A DNA stretch of 64,000 nt, from contig JAGIQG010000019.1 in assembly GCA_024679065.1 (NCBI GenBank), positions 36,332,001 to 36,396,000 on the forward strand, read 5' to 3'. The notes beneath the pieces are model-generated. The model worked only from the letters and a program-made list of their open reading frames with translations, was not told the origin of the DNA and did not search any database. Of the stretch, positions 1 through 11,926 are shown piece by piece (position 1 is the stretch's first letter; each line of letters opens with the position of its first letter). A program made the position numbers and the translations under genes. Source of the DNA: Sphyrna mokarran. Taxonomy: Eukaryota.

Positions 1-742
1 TTTGGTAGGAATAACAGGCATATGAAATATAGGGCTAATGGAAGACCCTTAATAGTGTTGTCGAGCAGAGGGATCTTGGGGTACAAGTACATAGCTCTTT
101 GAAAGTTGGCACCCAGGTTGATAAAGTTGTTAAGAAGGCGTAAGGTGTGTTAGCTTTTATTGGTAGAGGGACTGAATTTAGGAGCCGTGAGGTTATGTTA
201 CAACTGTACAAAACTCTGGTGCGGCCGCACTTGGAGTTTTGCGTACAGTTCTGGTCGCCGCATTATAAGAAAGATGTGGAAGCATTGGAAAGGGTGCAGA
301 GGAGGTTTACCAGGATGTTGCATGGTATGGTGGGAAGGCCTTATGAGGAAAGGCTGAGGGACCTGAGGTTATTTTCATTAGAGAGAAGAAGGTTACACAG
401 TGACCTAATTGAGGCGTATAAGATGATCAAGGGATTGGATAGGGTGGATAGTGAGAGCCGTTTTCCTCGGATGGTGATGACCAACACGAGGGGACATAAC
501 TTTAAATTAAGAGGTGGTAGTTATAGGACGGATGTCAGAGGCAGGGTCTTTACACAGAGGGTGGTGAGGGCATGGAATGCCCTTCCTGCAGCAGTTGTGG
601 ACTCACCTACTTTGGAGGCATTCAAATGGTCGGTGGATAGGCATATGGATGATATTGGAATAGTTTAGGTTAGAGGGTCCACTGGCCGGCGCAACATCGA
701 GGGCCGAAGGGCCTGTACTGCGCTGTAATGTTCTTTGTTCTA
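1..742 (+). mobile_element. CR1 (HER1-like) LINE 3' end, RT C-terminal region plus tail
   Basis: ORF 147-668 has LYKTLVRPHLEFCVQFWSPHYKKD...LERVQRRFTRM...TRGH...FTQRVV..WN.LP; followed by gggccgaagggcctgtactgcgctgtaa and a tgttct tail. Confidence 0.95.
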
Positions 743-863
743 CGATTTCGCCTCAGATAGGGAGGGGTTTGGAGTCAGTGGTGAAGGAACAAAGTTTGTG
801 GCAGAAACCCATGAGAATGGCTTAAAGAACTTTGTTATAGTGATAGGAAAGCTAACCACTTGC

Positions 864-1034
864 CTTGGAAATGATAGAAGCCACCTTTGCATTGTGTGAA
901 TTGGATGATTTCATAGCGACTTCTGCTGCACTGGAGCTGTTCTGAGTGGCAGTCAGTGGCAATGTAACCATGTTTACCACGTAGGATCAGGAAGGGACGG
1001 TTCACCAGCCTTATGGTAAACTCCTCATTTGGTC
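864..1034 (-). CDS. FSCN3: Fascin-3-like, coding exon 5 (GPNEEFTIRLVNRPFLILRGKHGY...KGGFYHFQ)
   Basis: Acceptor ttcctttccag at 1035-1036; 171 nt, phase 1 to 1; resembles recalled human FSCN3 GPNEEFGILFANRSFLVLRGRYGY...GIYHFQ; donor is AAG|GCAAGT. Confidence 0.9.
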
Positions 1035-1502
1035 CTGGAAAGGAAATCAGCGAAGGTATTGGACTAAAACATTTACCATGCAATTGTACAGTTGAAACTG
1101 GATTATGTTCAATGAACTGTGTCCAACAAACCATTAGGACATAGAGTAATGTACAACTAGACAGCTGTGTTGAGGAATTACCGAGTGATCAGTATTGGAA
1201 GGCCACAGTTTCTGATTCATGTTAATGATCTAGATTGAGAAACACAATGTAAAATGTTCACAGTGACAAAGGGCACTAAGTTGGAGGGAGAGGGCACACG
1301 TAATCTGGCGAAGCAGATAAGAAGTTATAGTAAACCTGGCCAGTATGTATTGTACTTTCAAGTTATTGTGGATGAGATTCAATAGTTACAGATCTTAGAT
1401 GTTGGAAGAAAACATGGGGAATATATTCTTAATTGAAGTGATGAATGGTAGGGCGATAAGAGATGTGGGAGTGATGGTAACTCCAACAATCATGGCCAGT
1501 CA

Positions 1503-1810
1503 TTACTGTTGTGCCTCACAGCTCCAGGGAACCAGATTCAATTCCATCCTTGGATGACTGTCTGTCCGGAGTTTGCACATTCTCTCTGTGACTGCATGGG
1601 TTTTTTCTGGGTGCTTCAGTTTCCTCCCACATTTCAAAGATGTGTAGGTTAGGTTGTTTGGCCATGCTAAATCATCCCTTAGTGTCAGGGAGATTAGCAA
1701 TGCACATTCATGGAGATATGGTTTAGGGCCGGGATGGAACTGTTGTTGGTGCAGACTCGATGGGCCGAATGGCCTTCTTCTGCACTGTAGGGATTTTATG
1801 ATTCTTATGA
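1503..1810 (+). mobile_element. HE1-like V-SINE (tRNA head, V domain, CR1 tail)
   Basis: gcctcacagctccaggga...ggagtttgcacattctc...tttcctcccaca...gggccgaatggcct...ctgcactgtagggatt. Confidence 0.85.
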
Positions 1811-1828
1811 TCCTGGACACAAACATAT

Positions 1829-2815
1829 AAATTAGGAGCAGGAATAGGCCATTCGGTCCCTCAAATCTGTTTTACCATTATTAAGATCATGGCTGATCTG
1901 ATTATGACCTCAGCTCCACATTCCAACTGCTCTGCAATAAACGTTGACTTCCTTGTTTATCAAGAATCCAAATACTTCTGCCTCAAAAATATTCGTTGAC
2001 CTTATCTCCACACTCTCTGGGGAAATAAGATCCCCATAAGACTTATGACCCTCAGAGAACTCTAGTAAAGAGTCATGGTGATTCGAAACATTAGCTCTAT
2101 TCTCTCTCCACAGATACTGTCAGGCCTGCTGAGATTTTCCAGCATTTTCTGTTTTTTTTCTCTACCTTTATATCCCACCCCTCTTGCAGTTAAAGGCAAC
2201 ATTCCATTTCTATTCCTATTCACTCGCTGTACTTGTGTATTCACTTTTCTTGATTGATGTACCAGGACACCCAGATCCCTCTGTTCCGAAGTTCATCAAT
2301 CTCTTTCCATTTAAATAATATACCTCTTTTCTAGTCTTCTTGCAAAGTGGACAAGTTCACATTTTACTCAATTTGCCAATTTTCCCCCCATTCACTAATC
2401 TATCAATGAATGCCCTCTTGTAGACTCCGCATGCTGTCTTCCCCACCTATCTTTGTGTCATCAGCAAATTTGGTAACCATGCATTTGGTGACTTCATTGT
2501 TATAATTTGTAAAAAGTTAAGATCTCAGCACTGATCCCTGTGGCACTCCAGAAGTGATATCTGGCCAATCTCTAAAAGGCTCATTTATCCATACTCTGCT
2601 TCATGTTAGCTAATCAATCCATGATCCATGCTAACATGTTACACCATGAGTTCTTATTTTATTAGTAACCTTTGATGTGCCACCTTGCGGAAATTCAAGT
2701 ATGCCACATCCACAGGTTCCCTGTTATGACACTGCTTATTTCCTCAAAGAACTCCAATAAATTAGTTAACATAATTTCTTTTTCACAAAACTATGTTGAC
2801 TCTGCCTGATTGCAT
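1829..2815 (-). mobile_element. Degenerate CR1 LINE fragment, interrupted by a Penelope-like terminal fragment (~2057-2160)
   Basis: Reverse-strand CR1 3' end (aggagcaggaataggccattcgg) and RT remnants (tgtcatcagcaaattt = KFADD; ctgatccctgtggcactcc = GVPQGS). Confidence 0.8.
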
Positions 2816-2885
2816 TATTTCCTCTGTATTTTTTCCCCGGTGATTGTCATTGTTTTATGTCCCTCCCTGTCTTTCACCTCTTTAC

Positions 2886-4046
2886 CTTCCTGACAACTAT
2901 AGGAAACACAATGGCTGGGGGTAGCGGCAGGGTATGTTTCACCTTGCGGTGATGTGACAGAGCAGATTGCCTTCAATTGTAGAAACTACCCAACAGTAGT
3001 AAAGATGAAAATTACCCTCCCCGCAACCAAAATAGTGAGAAACACATTTCCAACCTGTACATGCATCTGGAGCCTGTGTAAGGTGTTAGAGAAACAGTTT
3101 GACATCTCAAGTTCCTCTTGGCTGACCTGCAACCAGTGCCCTGGCAGGATATCACACTGCAAAGCACCATGATTATTACTGATGCAAGAAGAAGATGCAC
3201 TCTTGATTCACTGTTTGAAAAGGTGATGGAAACAGATTCAATTCAAAAGTGAATTTGATCAATAATTGAAAGGGAAAAAGTACCTGAAGAATTATGAGGA
3301 AAGAATGAGCTCTGCCAATCCAGTCAGTGAGCTGAATGATTTTCTTCTATGATGTATCATTCTAAGATTTAGACATTAATAAACTGAAAATTGAGCTAAA
3401 AGGCTAAAAGATATAAGGTCATCGTGCTGAGGCTGCGTAGAGTTCAGGTGTCACCATGCTGGCTTAACATTGAAGGCCTTTATCAATGTTGGGGCCAAAC
3501 TGGACAGGCAGGAGGTCATTCCAAAGCCTTATTCTTAAATAGGGACCTGAGAACCCTTGCCATTGTTTCCCAGGGCTTTGCACATTCTTCACCATGGATT
3601 GCTGAAGGAAACAGCAGGGAAGTCTACCCAGAAATATGGCAAGTGAAAGGCTGGAGAAAGAGGGCATCAGGAGGGGGAGCTATCCTGGATTTCCAGGTTA
3701 AAGAGCCCTCAAAATTCTGCTTCAAAAGCAGTCAGTGAAATAGCTTCTTCTTGATGGATCAATAATAATCATGGTGCTTTGCAGTGTGATATCCTGCCAG
3801 GGCACTGGTTGCAGGTCAGCCAAGAGGAACTTGAGATGTCAAACTGTTTCTCTAACAGTCTCCAGATGCATGTACAGGTTGGAAATGTGTTTCTCACTAT
3901 TTTGGTTGCGGGGAGGGTAATTTTCATCTTTACTACTGTTGGGTAGTTTCTACAATTGAAGGCAATCTGCTCTGTCACATCACCGCAAGGTGAAACATAC
4001 CCTGTCGCTGCCCCCGGCCATTGTGTTTCCTGTAGTTGTCAGGAAG
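2886..4046. repeat. Long inverted duplication: arms 2886-3194 and 3744-4046, spacer ~550 bp
   Basis: Near-identical opposite-strand ORFs 2954-3172(+) and 3769-3978(-); the arms align directly apart from a 9-nt indel and a few substitutions. Confidence 0.95.
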
Positions 4047-4534
4047 CAGCGAGTATATGTTACAGGGAATGGCAGCCTCTGTATGTTTTAAGAGAATAGC
4101 AGCATGTATGTAACTTCCTGCATTGCCCAGTGTCCATCCTCATATGGAGATCAGAGCTCCTTACATGACTAAGTGAGAGGTAACACTCTGCAAACCTTTT
4201 GTTCAGTCACCGACATTTAAATAATGTGGGTGAAGTATTGATTCTATATAAAACAGATTGGTCAGCATTACTCAGGTAGTACAACATCATTAGTAAATTT
4301 AAAAATATGAAATCTGTTCAAATGAATATTAAAGTGAGTTACATCACTTCTAGGGTTAAGCTGATTAATTTCCTTTCACATTCTGGATAATCCGCACTCT
4401 GTACTGACCTGCCTGTCATTATTTTCAAGCCTTGTTTCATGCCACTTTTGTTCATAGTGACTTAATTCCTTTAGCTCTGTTCACATTGCCTTCTTAAGTA
4501 AATTAAACCATTTCCTTGCACAACAAACTCAGGA

Positions 4535-6010
4535 TTTTCTATTCCCTATAACATGAATAGGAGCTGCTATTCCCTGTAACATATACAGGGGCAGCTATTC
4601 CTTTTATCATATACAATGTCTGCTTTTCCTGTAACACATATAGAGGCTGGCATTCCCTGTAACATGTACAAGGGCTGCTAGTCCCTGCAACACATACGGG
4701 GGCTGCTATTCCAGTAACATATATAGGGACAGCTATTCCCTATATTATATACAAAGTCTGTTATTCCCCTTAACATATACAGGGGCTTTAATTCCCTGTA
4801 TCATATACAAAGTCTGCTATTCCCCTTAACATATACAAAGGCTGCTATTCCCCATAAGATATACAGAGGCTGCTATTCCCTGTAACATTTACTGGGGCTG
4901 CTATTCCCTATAACATACACAGGGCTGTTATTCCATGTAACATATACAGAGTTGCTGTTCCCCGTAACATATATAGGCTCTGCTATTCCCTGTAACATAC
5001 ATAGAGGCTGCTATTTCCTGTAACATACACAGATGCTGCTATTCCTTGTAACGTGTACAGAATTCAATTCCCTGTTAACATACACAGGCACGGTGGCATA
5101 GTGGTTTGCACTGCAGCTTCACAGTGCCAGGGACCCAGGTTTGATTCCCGGCTAGGGTCAATGTCTGTACAGAATATGTAGGTTCTTCCTGAATCTGTAT
5201 GGGCTTCCTCCAGGTGCTCCGGTTTCCTCCCACAGTCCAAAGCTCCTGCTGGTTAGCTGAATTCTTCCTCAGTGTATCCGGACGCACGCCAGAGTGTGGC
5301 GACGAGGGGATTTTCATAGTAATTTCATTTCGGTGTTAATGTAAACCTACTTGTGACATTAATAAATAAATTGATAACTAATATCCAAAATCTACTATTC
5401 CCTGTAACATACAGAGCTAATACTCTCTGTAACATATACAGGAATGGCTATTCCCTATTACATACACTGGATCTGCTATTCCCTGTAACATATACAGAGC
5501 TACTATTCTCTGTAACATGTACAGGGATGGCTATTCCCTATAACATACACTGGATCTGCTATTCCCTGTAACATACACAGCGGCTGCTATTCTCTGTAAC
5601 ATATACAAAGCTGCTATTCCCTGCAATGTCTGCTATTCCCTATAACATACACAGTGACTGCTATTCCTTGTAACATATACAGAGAAGGCTATTCCTTGTA
5701 ACTTATACAGGGTCTGCTATTTCCTGTAATATATACAGGGGCTGTTATTCCCTGTAACATATACAGGAGGCTGCTATTCCCTGTAACATGTAGAGAGTTT
5801 ACTATTCCTTGTAAAATATACAGAGTTGCTATTCCCTTTAACATACACAGTGTCAGCTATTCCTTGTAACATATTCAAAGCTGCTATTCCTGTAACATAT
5901 ACAGGGGCTGCTATTTCTTGTAATATATAGAGGGTGTGCTATTCCCTATAGTATATACTCAGAATCTGCTGTTCCCTATAATATGCACACTGATCACTAT
6001 TTTCTGTAAG
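4535..6010 (+). repeat. Minisatellite, ~28-30-bp unit (ctgctattccctgtaacatatacagggg), interrupted by a SINE
   Basis: Several dozen degenerate tandem units read directly from the sequence. Confidence 0.95.
5085..5372 (+). mobile_element. V-SINE with alternative tail (...cttgtgacattaataaataaa) inserted in the minisatellite
   Basis: tRNA-like head ggcacggtggcatagtggtttgcactgc and V-domain ggtgctccggtttcctcccacagtcc; same family at ~7556-7860(+), ~8975-9120(-), ~18075-18375(-), ~47535-47830(-). Confidence 0.85.
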
Positions 6011-6292
6011 CTGTAAATGGGCTGTTACTTATTGTCTAAGGAGGAGTTGTTATTTTCAATAGTATAGGTCACAGTGATATGTATCTCAAATACATTTCCC
6101 ACCTTTGCTAAATACCCCTACATAAACTATTCAACAAAAATCTGCTGACTTGGCCCCAGGATTGATACCTTTTTTTAGCAGGGAAAGTGTTCCAGATGTC
6201 CAGCATGCTTTACGGGGAAAAGTCCTTCCTAATTTCCATCCTAAATAGCCAATTCTAATTTTAAGAAAAGTTTTTGTGAAGGTCTTCCTTAC

Positions 6293-6452
6293 CTGCCTGC
6301 TGAGCACTGGCTACGATCTGTCCAATGGGTTTCATTGTCAGGTATTGTTTGTTAGCAGCTTGTAATGTGATGTTGCCTCCATACCACCTCACGGTGAAGT
6401 TAGTGCTCTCCTCTTCATCCTTCCCATCAGCCAAGATGGCAGCTTGTCTCCG
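6293..6452 (-). CDS. FSCN3: Fascin-3-like, coding exon 4 (RRQAAILADGKDEEESTNFTVRWYGGNITLQAANKQYLTMKPIGQIVASAQQA)
   Basis: Acceptor tttgaatag, donor CAG|GTAAGG; 160 nt, phase 0 to 1; resembles recalled FSCN3 RRHRAVMADG...FRMHWNCGRIILQ; not in the ORF track. Confidence 0.9.
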
Positions 6453-7949
6453 CTATTCAAATAGATTAGAGAAAGCAGGCAGATGTTCATATTTAAATAT
6501 AGTTAAAGTCAGTTTTTATTGCCAATTTAATAAACTATGGGCTGTGAGGGATGAATTTCCTTTTGTCCATTATCCTGTCATGGATTCACCACTGTTTGGC
6601 TGGTAGCCCATTTAGATGTCATTAACAAAGCTCCTGCTAAAAGTCACAGTCTCCAGTAAACTTCAACTCAGTCACAACTCTGTTCGGATGTGCTAATTCA
6701 CACCAAATCCCATTCACTCATCATGCCTATATTATGAGAGGCCTAGATAGAATGGGCATGGAGAGGATGTTTCCACTAGTGTGAGAGACTAGAACTCGAT
6801 GGCATAACCTCAGAATGAAGGGATGCTCCTTTAAAACTGAGTTGAAGAGGGGTTTAAAAAAAGTCCAGTCAATCTCAACCACAAGCCAGAGATATATCAC
6901 AGGAGGAATGTTTGAGCTTGTCAGGTGATGTTAAGAATGTTGTATTGAATTATCTGTTAGCCTCTTATTGGAAAGGGAGATGAGGATAATGTATTGGCAA
7001 ATTCACCCGCCTTGCACCCCCATCATGGTTGAAAATTGCAACCCAATTTTTCAATTTCACCATCAATCTCTCAATTAACCCCGACAAAAATCAACATTAA
7101 TGTTGGGAATCTGGGTGGGTAAACTTTAGTTCCCATACCCCTTCTCTTTACTGCATCCCATCTGCATGGATCTTAAAGGGTTAAATTATAAAGACAAGTT
7201 ATATAAACTAGTTTTTCTCTCTCTTGAATTTAGCAGGTTGACAGCAGCAGCCTAGCCCCCCACAACCCTACTACTGCCCCAAGCGAGTTCGGAGATGGGG
7301 TCAGTTAATTGAATGGGGAGGGTACCAGATGGACACCATGATACCTTCCTGCCTTGGCCCTGATTAACTTTTGGCAGGAAGGTATGAACAGATTTCCTAC
7401 TCCGACATCAATTGAAGCCAATAGTGGGCAATCGCTTATTGTATCTGCTTTCATCACCATTTCAGAAGAGCTCTTTTCAGATCAATAAATTAAAAAAATC
7501 ACACATGTTTCCTGGTTTCCTTTGCTGATCATTTTAAATGTGTTTCCTCTGTTTAAGCCACAGTGGCACAGTGATTAGCACTGCTGCCTCACAGCATCAG
7601 GGACCTGAGTTTGATTTCTGGCTTGGGTCACTGTCTGTGTAGAGTCTGCACACTGTTCTCCCCATGCCTGTGTGAGTTTCCTCCGGATAGTCCGGTTTTC
7701 TCCCACAGTCTGAAAGACATGCTGGCTAGATGCATTGGCCATGCTGAATTCTCCCTCAATGTACCCTAACAGGGCTGGAGTGTGGCAACTAGGGGATTTT
7801 CACAGTAACTTAATTGCAGAGTTAATGTAAGCCTTACCTGTGACACTAATAAATAAACTTTGCAGAATGTTCTGCTCCTGGAAACTGTATTTTCTTGTTC
7901 ACTTTATCAATAACACGCTGTGAGATTTTGAACCTGTCTAACTAAATTC

Positions 7950-8490
7950 CCCTTAACCATTAGATTAACTTAACTCCACCTCCTTTATTCATTGTTTATA
8001 TCATTTAAATAAATTTCCTCGTCATCTTCTTGAAGGCCTTCTTATCCTATCTAAATTGCAATGTTTAGAATTGGTCGCAATATTCCAGTTGGGGATTAAC
8101 AAATGTTTTGTAAAGGTTCAGCGTATCTTCCTTCCTTTTCTACTCAAAGTCTCTCTTGATCCCGTAAGCTATCTTTTAACCACCTTCTCAACTTGTCCTG
8201 CCACCTTCAAGGATGAGAGTGTAGAAACATCCCAGTTTTGTCTGTGCCTTACCTTCTTTACAATGTTACCATTTGGTTTACATTGTCTCACTTCATTCTC
8301 CTTATAAAGACAAATCACTTCACATTTCTCTGTATTAAATTTTATCTTCCATGTCTGTGTCCAGTTTGTCTGTGTCCTCCTGAATATGTTATCATCTGCC
8401 TCACTGTTTGGGGGTTCTGTGTAATCAACAAACTTTGAGATGATAGCTTCCGTATCCAAACGGAGGTTGTAAGTTTATCTCAAAAAGAGG
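7950..8490 (-). mobile_element. Old CR1 RT fragment
   Basis: ORF 8169-8459 with ISKFVD..., WKIKFNTEKCEVI, SLKVAGQVEKVVK. Confidence 0.8.
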
Positions 8491-9914
8491 AAAGAGCAGT
8501 GGTGAAAACAGGTGCTTAAGCCACCCCCCTCTCCGTGTCACCATTTCAAGGACAATGTGGGATAGAGAATAAAAGCTGGTGGTTATAAAGATGCCCTATG
8601 TCTCCTTTTAAAAGTGTTTCGCTGGGTTTTCTCATTCCCCCCGATCCCCCCCCTTCCCCGCCCATTCCCTCTGGCATACTTTCTAGTGGTAGAGAGGGAT
8701 TGACATTGGCTGTCAGCAGGATTTTGTGATCTGACCGAAGTTTTGCGTGGCTTGCCCACCCTGCTGCTGGAGAACCCGCAATGGGCGGTCAACTTGGCAG
8801 GACTGGAAAATCCTGCGAGCTGGAAGGGCCAGAAAATCCTGCCCTTTGTTTCCTTTTCTCCCGAAAATTGGGCCTACGGATACAAGTTCATGGCACCAAT
8901 AAGGAAGATTTCACTGATTATTAAATGTGTGGGTCTTGTGAAGAGGAGGCTTCGAGGAGGTTTATATGGAGAAGTTTAAGTTTAGTCATTAGTCACAAGT
9001 AGGCCTATATTAACACTGCAATGAAGTTACTGTGAAAATTCCCTGGTTGCCACACTCTGGCTCCTGTTTGGGTACATTGAGGGAGAATTTAGTATGCCCA
9101 ATGCACCTAACCAACACGTCTTATAAACAGCAGTATGGACCAATTAAGGCTTTTGTCTTTAGGATGTTAATTTTGCGCAAGAAAAGTGTATCAATTTGTG
9201 GATTCCATAAAGACCACCCCTGCACCTCCCACCACCTCCCCGATCAGTTTACTATCACTCCCACCTCCTAAGAATTTATTGTTTACTTATTTATTGTCAA
9301 GGAGGGGCCTGGCTTTAGCAATCTCAATTCAGACTCCAGTACTCTTCAGTAGAAATATGAAGAATATTCAGGACATGTGAAGCCCCGAAAACTCCAAGTT
9401 TATTGCTTCTCTCTAATACATTCCCCCTTTCTTTCCCTTTTTCACTTCCCTCACTGGAATACAGTTTCACTGAGTAACTCTGACTCACCTTTGCATTATT
9501 TAGTGTAAGTGTTGAACACACATGATGACCAAGGGAGAAGCATGAGCCAAAATAGCATAAGGCAAAGCTGCTTGACTCTGCAGCTATGTGCGGATAGTAC
9601 AGTAAAGAGGATTACCGGCATATGATTTAAAAAAAATTAATCACTTTAGCATGATTTGAAGTGACGTTTTTATAAAATTTTGGATTAAACAAGCTTTAGA
9701 AGCAACCCTTCCAACTGAGTCTTGGCCTTGTGGGTCACACTCACACTTTTGAATCAGCAGATCAAACAGTGAATTTCCATCCTAAAAGGTTGAGTGTATT
9801 GTCCAGGCTAACACTTTGCGATAGCGAGAAGGGTCTTCCACTGCCAGAAATGCCACCTTTCTACTGCTGTGTTCAATCAAAGCTGTGTCTGCCATCTCAG
9901 GTGGATTGGAAAGA

Positions 9915-10250
9915 TATTACAGGAATATAGGAATTCGGAATAGTTTAGGTAGCCCTTCGAGCCCATATCCGCCATTTAACATGATCATGGCTGATCTTAT
10001 CCTGGTCTCAACTCCACTCTCCTGCCTGTTCCCTTGGCCCTTTATCCCGCTTTTCATCAGAAACATATCTATTCTTTTCTTCAATCTGTTGATTGATCTT
10101 GCCTTCACTGTGCTCTGGGGCAGTGAGTTGCACAGATTCACAGCGCTCTGAGAGAACTGATTTCTCCTCATCTCAGTTTCAAACCTATCACCTCTCACTT
10201 TATATTTATGACATCCTATTCTAGACTGTCCCACAAGGGGGAACATCTGT
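9915..10250 (-). mobile_element. CR1 3' end fragment
   Basis: ORF 9917-10300 with FETEMRRNQFSQSAVNLCNSLPQ...KKRIDMFL and CR1 3' UTR (agatcagccatgatc). Confidence 0.85.
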
Positions 10251-11154
10251 AGTGTTATATTGGACATAAACAGAAGTGTTGTCCCCAGTGTCCTGGTCAA
10301 TATTCATCCCTCCAGCAACATCATAAAGAACAGCTTATCTGGTCATCATTCCATTGTCACATGGGAGCTTTCTGTGTACAAACTGACTGCTGCAATTCCT
10401 ACCCTGCTGCAGTGATTACACTGTCCTCATTGGCTGTAAGCGCTTTGGGACATTCTGAGTTTGTAAAAGATGCAGTTATTCGTTTAAACCGTATCCATAT
10501 CCAACTGCAATGCATTTTGAATTATTTTTCACACAATCTGGAACCTTCGTAAACGCAATTTTTGCTGTAACTTTTTTTATTACATGCCCTGAATGTTTGT
10601 TTGCCAATTGCATTTTCTTTCTTTTACCTCGTTCAAGATATTATCTAATGTTTTATCTTGTTATTATAGCTTGGTTTTCAGTAACATCTTATGGGCACCA
10701 GGAAGTTGTCCAATCAAGGAGGAGTAAGTGGTTTAGATGGGATCTGAGGAAAAATGTTTTCACCTAGAGGGTGTTGGAAATATGGAAAGGGATGCCTAAG
10801 AGGGTGGTGGAGGCAGGTACTCTTGCAATATTTAAGAAGCATCCGAATGAGCACTTAAATCACCAAGGCATAGGAGGCATTGGTCCAAGTGCTGGTGAAT
10901 GGGATTAGTATAGATGAGTATTTGACGGTCGGTATAGACATGGTGGGACAAAGGGCCTGTTTCTGTGCTGTGTGACTCTAAGGGAGGGATTTTATGGCCT
11001 TGCCCATGTGAAACCGGAAATTCTTGCCCAAAGTCAACAGACATTCCCGTTGTTCACCCCTTGTCCATTCCAATTTAGAGTGTAGAATTGGAAAAAAGAC
11101 TGTCCCCAATTAAATTTCGTTCATTTTAAATGAGAACAGATTGAACTTTTCACA

Positions 11155-11470
11155 GAATCAGAGAATTCCTAAAGGCAGAACGAAGCCATTCGGCCCATTG
11201 AGTCTGTACTGACCACAATCCCACCCAGGCCCCATTCCCGTAATCCCACATATTTACCCTGCTAATCCCCCTGGCATTAGGATCAATTTAACATGGCTAA
11301 TTCACCTAATCTGCGCTTGTTTGGACTGTGAGAGGAACCGGAATACCCAGAGGAAACCCACCGCTGACATGGGGAGAAAGTGCAAACTCCACACAGACAG
11401 TGACCGAGGGCGGAATTGAACCTGGGCCCTGATGCTATGAGGCAGCAATGCTAACCACCACCATTGTGCC
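11155..11470 (-). mobile_element. HE1-like V-SINE
   Basis: Reverse complement of head, V domain and CR1 tail; further copies at ~12152-12470(+), ~14205-14475(+), ~39910-40170(-), ~40990-41330(-), ~46737-47045(+), ~53250-53485(-). Confidence 0.85.
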
Positions 11471-11807
11471 ATCTCATCATTTCGAAATGACATTGACCCA
11501 AACATCTAACAACAAATTTATCATCATCAGAAACGAAGTTTCACAGTACAGAACTGAGCCACCCAGCCCATCGAATTTGTATCGATGTTTTCCTTCTCAT
11601 AAGGCACATTGGCTAACCCTACTCTCCCATGAATTGTCTCCACCATCTAATATTTAAATTTTTCTAGGAACTACCTACTTCCCTTTTAAAATAACATTAT
11701 TGACCCTTTTTCCCACTTATTTCAACTGGGGTTGGGTGTACTTCTGGAGGATTTATTGTGTGGTAATACTGTATGATAATATCAGGTGATGAGACACTGT
11801 GGCCTAC

Positions 11808-11926
11808 CTGTGCCAGAAGCTGTCCATTGATTGTTCTCAGCTTCACTCGGTCAGAATTCAGATTGACTTCAAACTGAAACAGTGAGAGCTGAGTGAAATT
11901 CTCAAAACGAGCATAAACCTCCACCC
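11808..11926 (-). CDS. FSCN3: Fascin-3-like, coding exon 3 (VEVYARFENFTQLSLFQFEVNLNSDRVKLRTINGQLLAQ)
   Basis: Acceptor ctctgtatcctag, donor CAG|GTAGG; 119 nt, phase 1 to 0; resembles recalled FSCN3 EVRAASERLNRMSLFQFECDSESPTVQLRSANGYYLSQ. Confidence 0.9.

Noticed and set aside
2954-3978. Duplicated small protein gene (MTEQIAFNCRNY...) on both strands
   Set aside because: The ORFs start at GTG, have no recognisable domain and simply reflect the inverted duplication.
4535-6010. CRISPR-like array
   Set aside because: Units are contiguous degenerate repeats without unique spacers, in vertebrate DNA; it is a minisatellite.
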